Notes: generated from the sequence alone by a model not told the origin. DNA of 64,000 nt from an uncultured Candidatus Saccharibacteria bacterium (GCA_964634365.1 CAZWJU010000004.1:3927-67926); one strand, 5' to 3'. Positions 17,093 to 27,320 are shown, counted from the first letter of the stretch. Made by a program: numbers and translations.

Positions 17093-20068
17093 ATGAATTC
17101 TGAATTTGATGCTGCCTACAAAGGTCTAAATCCAGCCCAAAAAGAAGCCGTAGATACTATATATGGTCCAGTTATGGTTATTGCTGGTCCTGGAACAGGG
17201 AAAACTCAAGTCCTTGCCCTTCGTATTGCAAATATTTTGAAAGAAACTGATACAGGTGCTTCCAGTATTTTGTGTCTTACCTTCACTCGCTCAGGTGTTC
17301 GCGCGATGAGGGAAAGACTCAATCAGTATATTGGTGTAGCCGCAAATGAAGTCAGAGTATCGACCTTCCACAGCTTCGCAATTGATTTGGTTGAAAAGTA
17401 TTATTTGTCTTTAGGTTTTGTAGATGCACCAAGACTTATAGATGAAAAAGAAACCGTCTTTATGGTTGATCATATTTTACATAGCGTAGAGTGGAAACAT
17501 TTGCGCCCACGAAACGATCCTGCTCAGTATTTTTCTGATATCAGATCTCTAATCTCACTTTTAAAAAGAGAGAACATGACACCAGATATTTTCGAGAAAG
17601 AAATTTTGAAAGATATAAAAGCTCTTTCAACTAATCCAGAAAGCATATCTTCCCGAGGTCCAACAAAAGGTGAGATTAAAAAAGAAGTTTTGAAAAAGAT
17701 AGAGTCACTCGAGCGCACACTTGAGGTTGTTAAGTTTTATCAAAAATACGAAGAAGAAAAGAGAGAAAAGTCATTGATGGATTACGATGATGTTTTGGAA
17801 TACGCTGTTACTATTGCAAGTGAAAATGAAGACGCAAAAGCAGAAATAAGAGAAAACCATCAGTATATATTAGTCGACGAACATCAGGATTCTACTGGAG
17901 TACAAAATGCATTTTTGAAAGCTGTTTGGGGAGATGTTGAGAGGCCAGATATTTTTGTTGTTGGTGACGATAGGCAGCTCATATATGGTTTCGGTGGTGC
18001 AAGACTAGACTACTTCGAAGAATTTAAAACATGTTTTGGTCGCGCCCATCTGATAACTCTTATCGAAAACTATCGCTCAACAGACGGGATACTTTCTCTG
18101 GCAGATACTTTACTCACATCCAATTTGGCAAAGGGGAAGTTAAAAAGCAACAGAAAAGACAAGGGTGAAATATCACTTTTTGAATATGATTTTCCTAGAG
18201 ACGAAATCGTGGGTGCAGCTATGTATTTTAAAAACATAGTTTCCTCTGGTGGGTCTTTTTCTGATTGTGCAATACTAGTTCCGAAAAACTATCATGTCAG
18301 AGGGGCGATAGCTACTTTGAAAAATTATGGTATCCCTGTCTTGTCAAACGATATAGAATCTTTTTTTGAAAGTAGAACATCTTTTTCTTTTATAAAAGTA
18401 CTTCGCGCAGTAGCAAATCCAAACGATAGTGTCTATATGGCAGAAACTATTTTTGACGAAATATCTGGTGTGTCGCCACTTAGGGCACATAGGTTTTTCA
18501 GAGAAAATAAAACAAGATATCTATCGATAGATGATCTTCTATCCGAAGGCAAAGATAGTGGAATGTTTTCGGGTCAAGACGAAATACAAATGTGGGGTAA
18601 AAAGCTCGCTTTGTTTGTCGAAGAATCTAACAAGATGAGCCTCGTTTCTCTACTTAGCTTTATAGGAAACGAGCTTCTGATGAAAGATATAAAAAATCAT
18701 GACACTTTGCTCAGAAACGCTGAAGTTTTGCGCACAGTTTTTCATCTTGCAGAAATGCAGGTTTCAAAAAATCCTCATGAGACACTAGAGTCTTTTGTAA
18801 AATATTTGGAAAGACTAGACTCATACAACCTGCACATCCCTATAGCCACATTTTCAGCACACGATGGTGTTTCTGTTATGACACTCCATAGATCAAAAGG
18901 TTTGGAATTTGAAAATGTATGGATCGCACACATGAACGAAGAAACTCTCATGTCTTCTAAAAAAAGTGCTTTTACTCTACCTGATAGTCTAAAAGAAAAA
19001 ATAGCAGAGAAAGATAAAGAAAATGCAAAAAGGGAGCTTTATGTTGCGATAACCAGAGCAAAGAAAAATTGTGTTATTTCATACAGCGCACAAGACTATC
19101 GAGGATCTGATATGAGTCTTGCGGAGATAATCCAAGAGCTCGGAGATTCGCATTTTGCAAAAAAAGATAGAAACGAAACAGAAAAAGAACTTCTCTCATA
19201 TGGCGAAGATATATACACGAGAAGAGAGACTACCCCCGAAGGTCCGGATTTTGAAAAGATGATAGAACTTGTGAAGTCTGATTTTACCGAAACACGCGTT
19301 TCTGTGTCTCTTCTGAACAACTTTTTTGAATGCCCATGGAGATGGTATTTTAGAAATTTTCTGCAGCTTCCAGAGATAAAATCCGATTCGCTTGCTCTCG
19401 GTTCAGCTGTTCACTATGCGATAGAGTGTATTCTAAAAGATAAAAATAAAATAAGTGAAGACGACATAAGAAACAGTGTTCTAGAGAGTTTTAGAAAAGA
19501 AGGTGTGCGAGATGAGAGAACACTACCAAAGCTTACGAGTGATGCTGTTGTTTTGGTGAAAAGATGGGTTGATACTTCACTTCAAAACATCGCAAAAGAT
19601 TTTGAAAGTGAAAAAGCTATATCGTATAAAGATTCTCGTTTTCCAGAATTAAACTTTTTTGGAAAAATAGACCTAACAGAAAATATGGGACCGAGCGAAG
19701 TTTCGGTTACCGACTTCAAAACAGGCTCTCCAAAAACAAGTGGTGCTATAGAGAAACCGGACGAAGAGGGAAGGCTCTCGGGTTATATGAGGCAGCTTGC
19801 TATGTATTCTTTTCTTGTTCGTGGTTCATGGAAAAAAGATGTTGTCTCTTCTAAGCTTTATTTTTTGGAAGCGGACAAGGGTGATAAAAATATTACCTAT
19901 GTTACGCGCATCGGGGACGAGGAGATAGATCTGCTCGTGCGTGATATAGAGGACTATAACAGACTGCTTGAAACAGGTGAGTGGACAGAAAGACCGTGTT
20001 ACGCAAAATCTTACAATGGTGGAGAGTGCGAGCATTGTAAGCTCGCGAGAGAAATTTATAAAAAATAA
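17093..20068 (+). CDS. UvrD/AddA-like SF1 helicase fused to a PD-(D/E)XK nuclease
   Basis: AGPGTGKT, LVDEHQD, VGDDRQ, ENYRS, HRSKGLEF, YVAITRA; C-terminal GKID..DFKTG, QLAMY and four Cys. Confidence 0.9.
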   Translation: MNSEFDAAYKGLNPAQKEAVDTIYGPVMVIAGPGTGKTQVLALRIANILKETDTGASSILCLTFTRSGVRAMRERLNQYIGVAANEVRVSTFHSFAIDLVEKYYLSLGFVDAPRLIDEKETVFMVDHILHSVEWKHLRPRNDPAQYFSDIRSLISLLKRENMTPDIFEKEILKDIKALSTNPESISSRGPTKGEIKKEVLKKIESLERTLEVVKFYQKYEEEKREKSLMDYDDVLEYAVTIASENEDAKAEIRENHQYILVDEHQDSTGVQNAFLKAVWGDVERPDIFVVGDDRQLIYGFGGARLDYFEEFKTCFGRAHLITLIENYRSTDGILSLADTLLTSNLAKGKLKSNRKDKGEISLFEYDFPRDEIVGAAMYFKNIVSSGGSFSDCAILVPKNYHVRGAIATLKNYGIPVLSNDIESFFESRTSFSFIKVLRAVANPNDSVYMAETIFDEISGVSPLRAHRFFRENKTRYLSIDDLLSEGKDSGMFSGQDEIQMWGKKLALFVEESNKMSLVSLLSFIGNELLMKDIKNHDTLLRNAEVLRTVFHLAEMQVSKNPHETLESFVKYLERLDSYNLHIPIATFSAHDGVSVMTLHRSKGLEFENVWIAHMNEETLMSSKKSAFTLPDSLKEKIAEKDKENAKRELYVAITRAKKNCVISYSAQDYRGSDMSLAEIIQELGDSHFAKKDRNETEKELLSYGEDIYTRRETTPEGPDFEKMIELVKSDFTETRVSVSLLNNFFECPWRWYFRNFLQLPEIKSDSLALGSAVHYAIECILKDKNKISEDDIRNSVLESFRKEGVRDERTLPKLTSDAVVLVKRWVDTSLQNIAKDFESEKAISYKDSRFPELNFFGKIDLTENMGPSEVSVTDFKTGSPKTSGAIEKPDEEGRLSGYMRQLAMYSFLVRGSWKKDVVSSKLYFLEADKGDKNITYVTRIGDEEIDLLVRDIEDYNRLLETGEWTERPCYAKSYNGGECEHCKLAREIYKK

Positions 20069-20090
20069 AAAACCGGAGATCCGGTTTTTT
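20067..20090. terminator. Bidirectional terminator
   Basis: AAAAAACCGGA-GA-TCCGGTTTTTT. Confidence 0.7.
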
Positions 20091-20100
20091 GTAATTTTTT

Positions 20101-20721
20101 TTATTTTATCTTTCTACTATCCAACTCTCTCTTTATTTTTTCTGAGCATGAGTAGTTTTCTTTTTTTACAGAAAAATTTAGAAGCCTTCTGAGTCTTGTA
20201 GAGCTCGAATTTTTTATTTCTTCTTCTGTCAGTTCTTCTAAGACTTTTTCATAGTCTTCATTGGTATTAGTTTCAACAGCTTCTTCTTTATCAAAGTCTA
20301 TGACAGGGAGAAAATCTTTCCTGTTAAATTCTGATGCCGGAACTTTGCTTAACAATATATTTTCAAACACCGCATCACAATGGCACATTTTTTCTCCTTC
20401 AGCACAAATTTCTTTGTATTGGCAAGTATTTAGTCTCTCTTTCCTCATCTTATTGAATTCATAGAGGAATGCTTTGAAACCACCTTCAATTTTCTGAATT
20501 TTTATAGGAGACATTAACATGCTCAGTATTCTAGTCCCGCTGTCCTCATTGCCAATTGGCTCTTCTTGTTTATACGAGTCTGCGGTTTTTCTTACCCACA
20601 GCCTATCTTTTTCGTCCACTAAGAAGTTTCGTTGAGCAGGCACAAATCGAATATCTCCTATGTTCATATATTCAACTGTGTTCTTGTTTATGAATATTTC
20701 GGGAACTTTTTTATGGTTCAT
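20101..20721 (-). CDS. Hypothetical protein, distant paralogue of 11578-12003
   Basis: Colinear blocks shared with 11578-12003 and a degenerate UVR-like tail. Confidence 0.65.
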   Translation of the reverse strand: MNHKKVPEIFINKNTVEYMNIGDIRFVPAQRNFLVDEKDRLWVRKTADSYKQEEPIGNEDSGTRILSMLMSPIKIQKIEGGFKAFLYEFNKMRKERLNTCQYKEICAEGEKMCHCDAVFENILLSKVPASEFNRKDFLPVIDFDKEEAVETNTNEDYEKVLEELTEEEIKNSSSTRLRRLLNFSVKKENYSCSEKIKRELDSRKIK

Positions 20722-20791
20722 AAAGATCTTTTTTTGATAATTACATTTATGTATATCTTTGTCAACGACGTCTAAATGGTATAATTTACAT

Positions 20792-21112
20792 ATGAAAACA
20801 TTCTCCGAAAGAGTTTTGAAAGCTGCGCTCGCAATACCAAAAGGTAGAGTTACTACATATGGCGCTATTACACGTGCTTGCGGTGCTGGTCCGATGGCAA
20901 GTCAGAGTATTACGACAATTCTCGGCAAGGCATATGATGCGGGTGTGAAAAATATTCCTTGGCACAGGATAGTGTACGCTGGTGGCAAGGTTTGGCTAGA
21001 CGATAAACACAGGAAGGAACGCATGGCGCTTTATAAAAAAGAGGGAATAGATGTAGATCCAAAAACCGGCAAGATAAAAAATTTTGAAAAAATACTTTTT
21101 GAGTATAAATAA
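20792..21112 (+). CDS. Alkyltransferase-like (ATL/MGMT family) protein
   Basis: IPKGRVTTYG; PWHR replaces the catalytic PCHR; start placed at ATG 20792 after TATAAT. Confidence 0.88.
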   Translation: MKTFSERVLKAALAIPKGRVTTYGAITRACGAGPMASQSITTILGKAYDAGVKNIPWHRIVYAGGKVWLDDKHRKERMALYKKEGIDVDPKTGKIKNFEKILFEYK

Positions 21113-21155
21113 AAACACACTCGACAAAAGAGTGTATTTTTGAGATTTTTATATT

Positions 21156-21287
21156 TTATTCATCAAGTCTACTAGGCAGGGAAAATACATCTATTTTTCT
21201 CCTCTGCTCGTCTAGTCTACCCAAATAAAATCCTATACCCGCGAGGACCAGTATGCATGCTATTAGGAAAATATATCGCTTTTTCAT
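21156..21287 (-). CDS. Single-TM microprotein (43 aa), not in the ORF track
   Basis: MKKRYIFLIACILVLAGIGFYLGRLDEQRRKIDVFSLPSRLDE; TGcTATAAT 6 nt before the ATG; hairpin at 21111-21141. Confidence 0.55.
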   Translation of the reverse strand: MKKRYIFLIACILVLAGIGFYLGRLDEQRRKIDVFSLPSRLDE

Positions 21288-21380
21288 GTATGTATTATAG
21301 CATTTTAGGCTTTTATTTTGCTATAAAAAACTCGTTTTGATTATTTGTAAAATAGGCGTACTAGAGGGTATAATTGGAAA

Positions 21381-21611
21381 ATGGTTAAATACGAATATAT
21401 CCATGGATTTAAGGTTGAGTACGAAAGCGAAGAGAAGCATATTCGTGATGGAATACAGTATTTGGACAATAAAATTGAGGCCCTTGAGGCAAAGGTTTTC
21501 TTTGCCCAGGCTCGCGATAAAAAGAGTGCTCAATTTGAAGACGACGAAAACCATCAGTTTACCTTGATGTACAAAGGTAGCGATGTTTATATTTTAATTT
21601 CACGCACATAA
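21381..21611 (+). CDS. Hypothetical protein (76 aa)
   Basis: TATAAT 6 nt before the ATG; first gene of the pheST run. Confidence 0.65.
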   Translation: MVKYEYIHGFKVEYESEEKHIRDGIQYLDNKIEALEAKVFFAQARDKKSAQFEDDENHQFTLMYKGSDVYILISRT

Positions 21612-21614
21612 TCT

Positions 21615-22034
21615 ATGTCACAATTTGGACAATCAAGAGAAAATAACCCAAGCACTAAACCTAGCGAAGAGCGAGAGGATTTTTTCGAAGATGATGGAGT
21701 TAGTGATGTAGAAAATTCTATCGAATCATATATTCGAGATTTAAAAAAATTGATTTTATTGTGTACAAGTATGATTGAGACACTACAAACAGATGTAGGT
21801 AGAGATGTTTATAGTGCTATAAAAGATTTGGCAGAGAAGATTATAGAAAAACTTGAATCTATAAAAGAAAGTGATTTAAAGAGCGCAAGTACGTTCGATA
21901 CTATAGTCTTTGTAGAAGATTTTATGATTGATCAGGATGCACTCATAGATATGTTTGGAAACACTGAAGATTACAAGGAAGAAGATATTTTGATGAATAT
22001 AGAATCAATGAAAGAAGTATATGGAAATATCTAA
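21615..22034 (+). CDS. Acidic hypothetical protein
   Basis: 139-aa ORF overlapping the pheS start. Confidence 0.6.
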   Translation: MSQFGQSRENNPSTKPSEEREDFFEDDGVSDVENSIESYIRDLKKLILLCTSMIETLQTDVGRDVYSAIKDLAEKIIEKLESIKESDLKSASTFDTIVFVEDFMIDQDALIDMFGNTEDYKEEDILMNIESMKEVYGNI

Positions 22035-22761
22035 AGGAAAACTTCATCCTATGACCTTGCTTGCCGACGATGCGATTCGGGTTTTTTCAGAGCTTGGTTT
22101 TGAGATGGCGACAGGTCCAGAGCTTGAACATGAGTGGTACAACTTCGACGCACTCAATGTGTCCAAAGATCACCCTGCTCGTGATATGCAAGATACTTTT
22201 TGGATAAAACAAACCAAAGAGGATATTGAAAAAGCGCAAAGCGGTGAGCGTAGCTCCAGGCCTGTTTTGCGTACGCATACAACTAGTGTAAGTATGCGTA
22301 TGATTGAGCGTGCCGCAAAGGAAGAGATCAAGGAAGCTGGATATATAGCAATTGGAAAAACTTTTCGCAATGAAGCTACTGATATAACACACGAAGCACA
22401 GTTTCATCAGATAGACGGAGTTATGATTGGAGAAAATATAAACTTGGCAAATATGAAAGCAGTTTTGATCAAGTTCTATCAAACGATGCTCGGAGCTGAT
22501 ACTGAAATACAATTTCGTCCAAGCTTCTTCCCGTTTACTGAGCCATCAGTTGAGGTGCACGCGAAGTTCAATGGTAAATGGCTAGAGATGATGGGAGGCG
22601 GGATGCTTCATCCAAATGTGCTCCGTAACGCAGGACTTGATCCAGAAAAGGTTCAAGGATTTGCTTTTGGAGGAGGGCTGGACCGTATTTTAATGATCAA
22701 ACACAATATTCCGGACGTGAGATTTCTTTATCAGGGAGACTTAAGAATCAATCAGTTTTAA
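22021..22761 (+). CDS. pheS: Phenylalanine-tRNA ligase alpha subunit (N-terminally truncated)
   Basis: HPARDMQDTF, LRTHT, FRNE, FRPSFFPFTEPS, GFAFGGGLDR. Confidence 0.95.
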   Translation: MEISKGKLHPMTLLADDAIRVFSELGFEMATGPELEHEWYNFDALNVSKDHPARDMQDTFWIKQTKEDIEKAQSGERSSRPVLRTHTTSVSMRMIERAAKEEIKEAGYIAIGKTFRNEATDITHEAQFHQIDGVMIGENINLANMKAVLIKFYQTMLGADTEIQFRPSFFPFTEPSVEVHAKFNGKWLEMMGGGMLHPNVLRNAGLDPEKVQGFAFGGGLDRILMIKHNIPDVRFLYQGDLRINQF

Positions 22762-22762
22762 A

Positions 22763-22942
22763 ATGCCTATAGACGAATCTCTCAATAAAATACTGAAAGA
22801 AATTTGGAGAATTGATGAAAAAAATTCTAATAATCAAGATCTAAATGCTGAGGAAAAAGAATTTTTTAACCAAAACCTTTATGTTATCCAGAAATATTAC
22901 GATGATAACAAAGATTATTGGGAGCGAAAAACAAAAATATGA
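22763..22942 (+). CDS. Hypothetical 59-aa protein between pheS and pheT, not in the ORF track
   Basis: MPIDESLNKILKEIWRIDEK...YWERKTKI; starts 1 nt after the pheS stop and overlaps pheT by ATGA. Confidence 0.6.
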   Translation: MPIDESLNKILKEIWRIDEKNSNNQDLNAEEKEFFNQNLYVIQKYYDDNKDYWERKTKI

Positions 22943-24759
22943 AAATATCTTACAACTGGCTAAAATCTTATATTCCTGATATTTGCGAACCCGAGAAGCT
23001 CTGGGATGTTTTTACATTCCATTTGTGTGAAGTCGAGGAAATGGTAAAGACTCCAGATGGGGATACAATTTTCGATATCAATATCTTGCCAAACCGCGCA
23101 CACGATCTCTTGAGTCACCAAGGTGTAGCACAGGAGCTGTCCGCACTTCTCGATATTGAATACAAGAGTCCAGTGGAGTTATACAAAATCCCAGAATCAA
23201 AACCAACAAATCTTGAAGTAAAAGTAGAAAGTGAAAAATGTCGCAGATATATGGGACGGATTGTTCGCAATGTGAAGGTTGGTCCGTCTCCAGAGTGGGT
23301 TGTGAAGCATCTCGAATCTATAGGGCAGAGAAGTATAAACAATCTTGTCGATGCGACAAATATTGTGATGTTTGATTGCGGTAATCCAACACATGTTTTT
23401 GATGCGAAAAAGATAAAGAACCAAAAAATAATAATCAGAGAAGCACTAGAAAGGGAAGTTGTTGATTTATTGGGGAGTGAAACGACTGTTTTGTTGTCCA
23501 CTGCTTCTTACAAAGATCTTATTATTGCAGATGAGGAATCATCGTTGGCTATTGCTGGAGTAAAAGGAGGTAAAAAGGCAGAAGTAGATGAAAATACCAC
23601 AGAAATAATACTTGAAGTTGCAAACTTTGATCCAGTAGCTGTACGAAAAACAGGTCGTGGCTTGGGTCTTTTTACAGACGCTATAAAGCGTTTTGAAAAT
23701 GATCTTTCTCCTGTGAGAGCTGAGTATGCAATGCGAGAGCTCTCAGCACTAATTCTCGAAATGTGCCCGGAAGCTGAATTCGAAGATATTGTCGATTTTT
23801 TTCCAGAAAAGGAAAAGTGGCAGACAAGAAAAGATATTGAGATTACAACTGACTATATCAACAAAAAGCTAGGTTCAAATTTTAAAGACGAAGAAGTCGA
23901 AGGTGTGTTCATGCGTCTACGTCTAAGTTTCAAAAGAGAAGGGGAGGCTTTTGTTGTAAGTCCGTCTGTGCTCCGGCTAGATCTTTTAGGCAAACACGAT
24001 CTTGTCGAGGAGGTAGGAAGAGTTCTCGGCTACGACAGGATAGAGCCAGTCTTGCCTAAAATAGATTTCAATCCAAAAGTAAATGAGATTTTCTATCGAA
24101 TACTATCTGCAAAGAAAAAACTTGTAGAAGATGGATATAGAGAAGTTTATACATACGTGTTTTGTAAAAAGGGTGCAGTAGAAGTTGCATATGGAGCAAA
24201 AGGCAAAGAGGCACTCCGAACAAATCTTACAGATGGATTGAAACAAGCATACGAACTCAATAGACTCAACGCGCCACTGCTTGGTGAAAATGAAATAAAA
24301 ATATTTGAAATTGGAAATGTATTCCCATCTGTAGGTGTAGAAGAATTTCATGTAGCATGGATTGATAAAAAGGGTGCCCAAGAAACAACTCTTTCGGAAT
24401 TTACAAAAGATATTCAGATAGAAGATTCATACGATTCTGTTTTTCCTGATAGTCCACAGCTTACAGCTCGTAGTTTCGCACCTTGGTCAGTTTATCCGTT
24501 TATCTCACGCGATATTTCTCTTTGGGTTCCAGCAGATAAAAATGAAGAGAGTATTGTAAATATCATAAAAGAAAATATGGGAGATTTGGTTTCTGTTGGT
24601 CCGACACTAGTAGATTCATTTGAAAAGGACGGTAAAAAATCTCTCGCTTTTAGAATAGTTTTCCAGTCTATGGATCGCACTTTGGCTGATTCCGATGTGG
24701 ATAGTCCAATGCGTCAAATCACCGGCGCTCTTGAAAAATCAGGTTGTACTATACGCTAG
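22939..24759 (+). CDS. pheT: Phenylalanine-tRNA ligase beta subunit (shortened)
   Basis: MKISYNWL, PNRAHD, INNLVDATN, DLVEEVGRVLGYD, C-terminal FDX-ACB (RDIS...SLAFR). Confidence 0.93.
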   Translation: MKISYNWLKSYIPDICEPEKLWDVFTFHLCEVEEMVKTPDGDTIFDINILPNRAHDLLSHQGVAQELSALLDIEYKSPVELYKIPESKPTNLEVKVESEKCRRYMGRIVRNVKVGPSPEWVVKHLESIGQRSINNLVDATNIVMFDCGNPTHVFDAKKIKNQKIIIREALEREVVDLLGSETTVLLSTASYKDLIIADEESSLAIAGVKGGKKAEVDENTTEIILEVANFDPVAVRKTGRGLGLFTDAIKRFENDLSPVRAEYAMRELSALILEMCPEAEFEDIVDFFPEKEKWQTRKDIEITTDYINKKLGSNFKDEEVEGVFMRLRLSFKREGEAFVVSPSVLRLDLLGKHDLVEEVGRVLGYDRIEPVLPKIDFNPKVNEIFYRILSAKKKLVEDGYREVYTYVFCKKGAVEVAYGAKGKEALRTNLTDGLKQAYELNRLNAPLLGENEIKIFEIGNVFPSVGVEEFHVAWIDKKGAQETTLSEFTKDIQIEDSYDSVFPDSPQLTARSFAPWSVYPFISRDISLWVPADKNEESIVNIIKENMGDLVSVGPTLVDSFEKDGKKSLAFRIVFQSMDRTLADSDVDSPMRQITGALEKSGCTIR

Positions 24760-24883
24760 ATTTTAGGCCTTAAAATAAGGAGAAATCCACTATTTTTCAC
24801 TAGGAGAAAGTGGATTTTTTTGCTATACTGTGTGTGTAAAAAACAACATATTAAAGCTTAATTTTAAGGGTATTTTTTAATTT

Positions 24884-26932
24884 ATGGCAGATAAAAAGGA
24901 AGGTTCATATAGTGCTAGCGATATCTCAGTTTTGGAGGGTCTAGAACCAGTACGTAAACGTCCTGGAATGTATATCGGAGGAACAGGTCCAGAAGGCTTG
25001 CATCATTTGGTATGGGAGATTTTCGATAACTCTCGCGACGAAGCTATGGCGGGACACTGTGACAGAATTGAGGTTGTGCTACTTCCTGACAATCGTATTC
25101 GTGTAACTGACAATGGACGCGGAATTCCAGTAGACGTACATGCGAAGACAAAAGTTTCTGCATTAGAAACTGTTATGACTACTCTACACGCTGGAGGAAA
25201 ATTTGGTGGCGAAGGATATAAAGTTTCTGGAGGTCTGCACGGTGTGGGAGCATCTGTTGTGAATGCGCTTTCTATTTACACTCAGGCAATCGTGCACAGA
25301 GAAGGGGGCAAACACATGCAAGAATATTCTCAAGGTAAGAAAAAAGCCAATGTTAAAAAAATTGGTTCTTCAAAAGAACATGGAACAATAATTACATTTG
25401 AACCAGACGAAGAAATATTTAAAACTTTAAAATTTGATTGGAACACAATCGTGAACCATCTTCGCCAGCAAGCTTACTTGGTAAAGAAGCTTCGTATTTC
25501 AATACTCGACGCACGCGAAGCAGACTGGAATGCAGACTTGGACGATATCTTTTATTTTGAAGACTTAAAATTAGAAATTCCATCTACTACATTTTATTTT
25601 GAGGGCGGACTTGTATCACTTGTCTCATATTACAATCGCAATGAAAAAGAAGTTCAAGATAAAATATTTTATGTAGACAAAGAGCTCGACGAGGTAGGTA
25701 TTGAGATCGCTTTGCAGTATGTAGATGACATAAGTGCAAAGATCGTTGCTTTTGCAAACAATATTCATACACCAGAAGGCGGAACTCATGTTACTGGTTT
25801 TAAAACTGCACTTACTCGCGTTTTGAATACCTATGGCAAGAAGAACAATATAATCAAAGAATCTGATGGAGGTTTTACCGGAGAAGATGTGCTCGAAGGT
25901 TTGACTGCAGTTATTTCAGTTAAGCTTCGTGAAATTCAATTTGAAGGTCAGACTAAAAGCAAGCTAGGTTCTATGGAAGCTCAAGGTGCTGTTGCTACTG
26001 TTTTTGGAGAAGCATTTGCTGCATATCTAGAAGAGAATCCAGATGAAGCAAAGGCGATTATTGGTAAAGTTGTGCTTGCAGTAAGAGCTCGCAAAGCTGC
26101 TAAAGCCGCAAAGGACTCAGTGCTCCGAAAAGGTGCGCTCGAAGGTATGACACTTCCTGGTAAGCTTGCAGACTGTCAAAGTAAAAGCGCAGAAGAGTCA
26201 GAGCTGTTCATAGTGGAGGGAGACTCTGCTGGGGGTACAGCGAAAATGGGACGTGACAGACGAACTCAAGCTATATTACCGTTACGCGGAAAGATATTGA
26301 ACATTGAGCGCGCACGTCTAGACAAGATTATGCAATCTGAGCAAGTTCGCAACTTGATAGTTGCTATGGGAACTGCTATTGGAGATACATTTGATATAAC
26401 TAAACTTCGTTATCACAAAGTGATAATCGCTACTGATGCGGACGTTGACGGAGCTCATATTCGCACACTTATACTTACATTGCTTTATCGCTATTTCAAA
26501 CCACTTCTAGATGGAGGTTTTATATACATTGCTCAGCCACCACTATACAAGATTAAAAAAGGTAAAGAAGTATTTTACGCATATTCCGAAGAAGAAAAAG
26601 TAGCATTTGCTGGTACAAGTGAAAGTATAGATGAAGGTGGGGACGAAGAAGAGAGCGAAGAGTCTGTTGATACAGAAGAGTCTGTTGGTACAAAAGAAGT
26701 AAAGGCTAGAGTTCAAAAAATATCAGTTCAGCGCTATAAAGGTCTCGGAGAAATGAACGCAGATGAACTATGGGAGACAACTATGGACCACACACGTCGT
26801 ATTTTGAAACAGGTTACAATCAATGATGCCGAAGAAGCTGATAAAGTATTTGATATGCTCATGGGTAGTGATGTTGCACCTCGCAAGAGCTTTATCCAGA
26901 CTCATGCCAAAATGGCAGAACTAGATATCTAA
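24884..26932 (+). CDS. gyrB: DNA gyrase subunit B
   Basis: LEPVRKRPGMYIG, DNGRGIP, GGLHGVG, EGDSAGG, PLRGKILN, DADVDG, QRYKGLGEM. Confidence 0.96.
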   Translation: MADKKEGSYSASDISVLEGLEPVRKRPGMYIGGTGPEGLHHLVWEIFDNSRDEAMAGHCDRIEVVLLPDNRIRVTDNGRGIPVDVHAKTKVSALETVMTTLHAGGKFGGEGYKVSGGLHGVGASVVNALSIYTQAIVHREGGKHMQEYSQGKKKANVKKIGSSKEHGTIITFEPDEEIFKTLKFDWNTIVNHLRQQAYLVKKLRISILDAREADWNADLDDIFYFEDLKLEIPSTTFYFEGGLVSLVSYYNRNEKEVQDKIFYVDKELDEVGIEIALQYVDDISAKIVAFANNIHTPEGGTHVTGFKTALTRVLNTYGKKNNIIKESDGGFTGEDVLEGLTAVISVKLREIQFEGQTKSKLGSMEAQGAVATVFGEAFAAYLEENPDEAKAIIGKVVLAVRARKAAKAAKDSVLRKGALEGMTLPGKLADCQSKSAEESELFIVEGDSAGGTAKMGRDRRTQAILPLRGKILNIERARLDKIMQSEQVRNLIVAMGTAIGDTFDITKLRYHKVIIATDADVDGAHIRTLILTLLYRYFKPLLDGGFIYIAQPPLYKIKKGKEVFYAYSEEEKVAFAGTSESIDEGGDEEESEESVDTEESVGTKEVKARVQKISVQRYKGLGEMNADELWETTMDHTRRILKQVTINDAEEADKVFDMLMGSDVAPRKSFIQTHAKMAELDI

Positions 26933-26933
26933 T

Positions 26934-27287
26934 ATGTTTGCGCTCTATATTGCCATAGGTCTCGTAGCTGGGACTCTGAGTGGGCTCGTGGGTATAGGAG
27001 GAGGAATAGTTGTTGTGCCAGCTCTCATGTTGCTTGCTGATATTCCACAACTTACAGCACAGGGGACTAGTCTGGTTTTGTTTACAATCCCATTGAGTAT
27101 TTTTGCTCTTATGAATTACTATAAAGCTGGGCACGTAGATATAGCAATAGCGCTATTTCTAGCTATTGGATTTGTGATAGGAAGTTTTTCTGGATCCAAA
27201 CTAGCTTTTATGGTTGATCACGATATTCTCACAAAGATTTTTGCAGTAGTGTTGGTGCTAATAGCAATACGATTATTTTTTAAATAA
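26934..27287 (+). CDS. Half-size TauE/SafE family membrane protein
   Basis: AGTLSGLVGIGGGIVVVPAL, AQGTSL. Confidence 0.85.
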   Translation: MFALYIAIGLVAGTLSGLVGIGGGIVVVPALMLLADIPQLTAQGTSLVLFTIPLSIFALMNYYKAGHVDIAIALFLAIGFVIGSFSGSKLAFMVDHDILTKIFAVVLVLIAIRLFFK

Positions 27288-27291
27288 AATT

Positions 27292-27319
27292 AAATCCCTC
27301 ACGATTTGTGAGGGATTTT
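27292..27319. terminator. Bidirectional terminator
   Basis: AAATCCCTCAC-GATTT-GTGAGGGATTT. Confidence 0.75.
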
Positions 27320-27320
27320 C

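Noticed and set aside
21113-22020. Possible Phe leader peptide upstream of pheS, by analogy with thrS
   Set aside because: No Phe-rich uORF or alternative stems found by eye
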